Part shown: piece after piece, positions 28,756 to 29,954 of the stretch
Layout of the letters: every line of letters begins with the position of its first letter
Position numbering within the stretch: the first letter of the stretch is position 1
NCBI GenBank assembly: GCA_038893835.1
Contig: JAWAQR010000015.1
Coordinates: forward strand, 1 to 29,954
Source of the DNA: Archaeoglobaceae archaeon
GTDB taxonomy: Archaea > Halobacteriota > Archaeoglobi > Archaeoglobales > Archaeoglobaceae
DNA length: 29,954 nucleotides
Direction: 5' to 3'
Notes under the pieces: generated by a model
The model's input: the letters and a program-made list of their open reading frames with translations, nothing else
The model's database searches: none
Told to the model about the DNA's origin: nothing
Program-made: the position numbers and the translations under genes

Positions 28756-28770
28756 TTAATAAAATTTTCG
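28756..28770 (-). promoter_or_regulatory. BRE/TATA promoter pointing at the hairpin
   Basis: Minus strand CGAAAAT-TTTATTAA; box begins about 30 nt upstream of GGGGCGCC (28733). Confidence 0.6.
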
Positions 28771-28782
28771 TGATATAGATTG

Positions 28783-29370
28783 TCAAGCTCGACTTCTGTC
28801 GAGTTCATAGTGGATGATGGTTATACACTGCTCTGCCATCAAAGAAAGCTTAGACACACTCAAAATTTTCTCGGCAAACTCGAGGATGACATCTTCCTCC
28901 TCTTTTTTAACACCAAGATGGTCTCCAAGAATAAAAAGGGGATTTTTTATCGATGCAATCTCTTCTCTTATATCCTTTCCGTCCTCTCTCAAGTAATAAA
29001 TCTTAAACTTTTCAGAAAGTTCTTCAAGCAGTTCCTTTATGTTCTTCTTCGCTATAAAAATTCCGGAATTTGTTTCTGTCCAATTCTTGGAAACTTTAAA
29101 GCCGATAGCTTTTCTTATATGTCCAGCAATGTTTCTCTCATCTGGAGACATTCTTTTTAACTCGTTACTCGAAATTTTTAAAACCTTTGGCGGATCAGGT
29201 TTTCCTAGAAGAAGCAAATAAACTTCCACATCCTTTCTTATTGAATGTGAAAGGAAAAGAGCTTGAGAGACACACCTGCATAGTATATCCATTCTTCCAG
29301 CGCCGGGAATGTCGTTTAGGTTAAATGGCTCGGTTACGGCTTCATTTCCAATCACTAAAAAACCCCTCAT
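28783..29370 (-). CDS. trmY: tRNA (pseudouridine54-N1)-methyltransferase
   Basis: FNLNDIPGAGRMDILCRC, SHSIRKD, PDERN, LGDHLG (SPOUT fold), IHYELD. Confidence 0.93.
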   Translation of the reverse strand: MRGFLVIGNEAVTEPFNLNDIPGAGRMDILCRCVSQALFLSHSIRKDVEVYLLLLGKPDPPKVLKISSNELKRMSPDERNIAGHIRKAIGFKVSKNWTETNSGIFIAKKNIKELLEELSEKFKIYYLREDGKDIREEIASIKNPLFILGDHLGVKKEEEDVILEFAEKILSVSKLSLMAEQCITIIHYELDRSRA

Positions 29371-29939
29371 ACGAATTCACCTTTCAGAAGCTTGATCGCA
29401 AAATCTCTATTTTTCGCGAGATCGATCGAGTAATTGTCCCAGAAAACACAGGTTCCAAGGACAAGAACGTTGTCTTTAACTGCACCAAAAATTCCCTTAC
29501 CTATTACAAAGCTTTTCCCCCCACTCACAGATGCCGAGCATGGCATAACAACTTCCAGTTCTCCACATCTTGCAATCGGGAACATGGGATCACCAGCATT
29601 TTTTTCTTCATCCGTTATTAGATCATAGTTTATTTTTAATCCAAAATGTCTTGCAACTCTATTCACGTTCTCCGAAACTTTATCCACGTTGGAGTAATAG
29701 CCAGTAAGGATTATCTTTTTACCCTTTTTGGTCCACTTCTTTATCTTCGCTATATCACTTGCGCTGAACTTTATCTCTGGATAGTTGAAGACTATAAGAT
29801 CATATTCGCCCAGTTTCCCAAATATCTTCTCCTCCTCCATCTGCAAGCCAAACTTCTCAGCAATTCTTGTCAGCTTGGAAAAATAGTAATAATCTCCAAT
29901 GCTGAACTCACCCCTACTCGCACTCCAGACTATGCGCAT
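29367..29939 (-). CDS. Hypothetical protein, possibly class I glutamine-amidotransferase-like fold
   Basis: S.GEF...YFSKL, YDLIVFNYPE..FS, FWDNYSI..A.N pattern; overlaps the trmY start by 4 nt. Confidence 0.7.
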   Translation of the reverse strand: MRIVWSASRGEFSIGDYYYFSKLTRIAEKFGLQMEEEKIFGKLGEYDLIVFNYPEIKFSASDIAKIKKWTKKGKKIILTGYYSNVDKVSENVNRVARHFGLKINYDLITDEEKNAGDPMFPIARCGELEVVMPCSASVSGGKSFVIGKGIFGAVKDNVLVLGTCVFWDNYSIDLAKNRDFAIKLLKGEFV

Positions 29940-29954
29940 GTTTTGAGTAGCTAC

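Noticed and set aside
342-29628. Numerous 60-210 aa ORFs antisense to or nested in recognised genes (e.g. 342-821, 4218-4649, 6416-7054, 28780-29160)
   Set aside because: Shadow ORFs with Ser/Phe/Ile-rich composition typical of antisense frames and no recognisable motifs.
1-29954. CRISPR array, IS element, provirus, rRNA or tRNA genes
   Set aside because: No regularly spaced repeats or mobile-element genes seen. Intergenic gaps are short, and the two obvious GC-rich non-coding islands are accounted for above.

Overview
Gene-dense, AT-rich core-genome window from a thermophilic euryarchaeon, most consistent with Archaeoglobales (thermosome, ABCE1, eS8, TrmY, AhbC, a short type-M-like RNase P RNA). 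It holds about 31 protein-coding genes: RNA modification and translation (tmcA/Nat10, truA, trmY, ABCE1, rps8e), cofactor synthesis (ribBA, pdxS/pdxT, hemA/hemB, ahbC), leuD/leuB-type enzymes, a folate-independent methionine synthase, transporters, an acyl-CoA ligase and several hypothetical proteins. It also holds the RNase P RNA gene. I saw no CRISPR array, tRNA, rRNA, transposase or integrase. The most unusual observations are: (1) a ~70-nt GC-rich minus-strand hairpin with its own well-spaced BRE/TATA promoter between trmY and rps8e, a candidate unannotated ncRNA; (2) a CetZ/tubulin-like protein that has lost the GGGTGSG motif but kept the T7 loop; (3) an exact 38-nt repeat, including synonymous sites, between the two ABCE1 signature motifs; (4) a RibBA fusion whose RibB half looks catalytically dead; (5) a 30-aa membrane micro-protein, missed by the ORF track, leading a sodium:solute symporter. 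All family assignments come from motif recognition by eye; no database searches were run.
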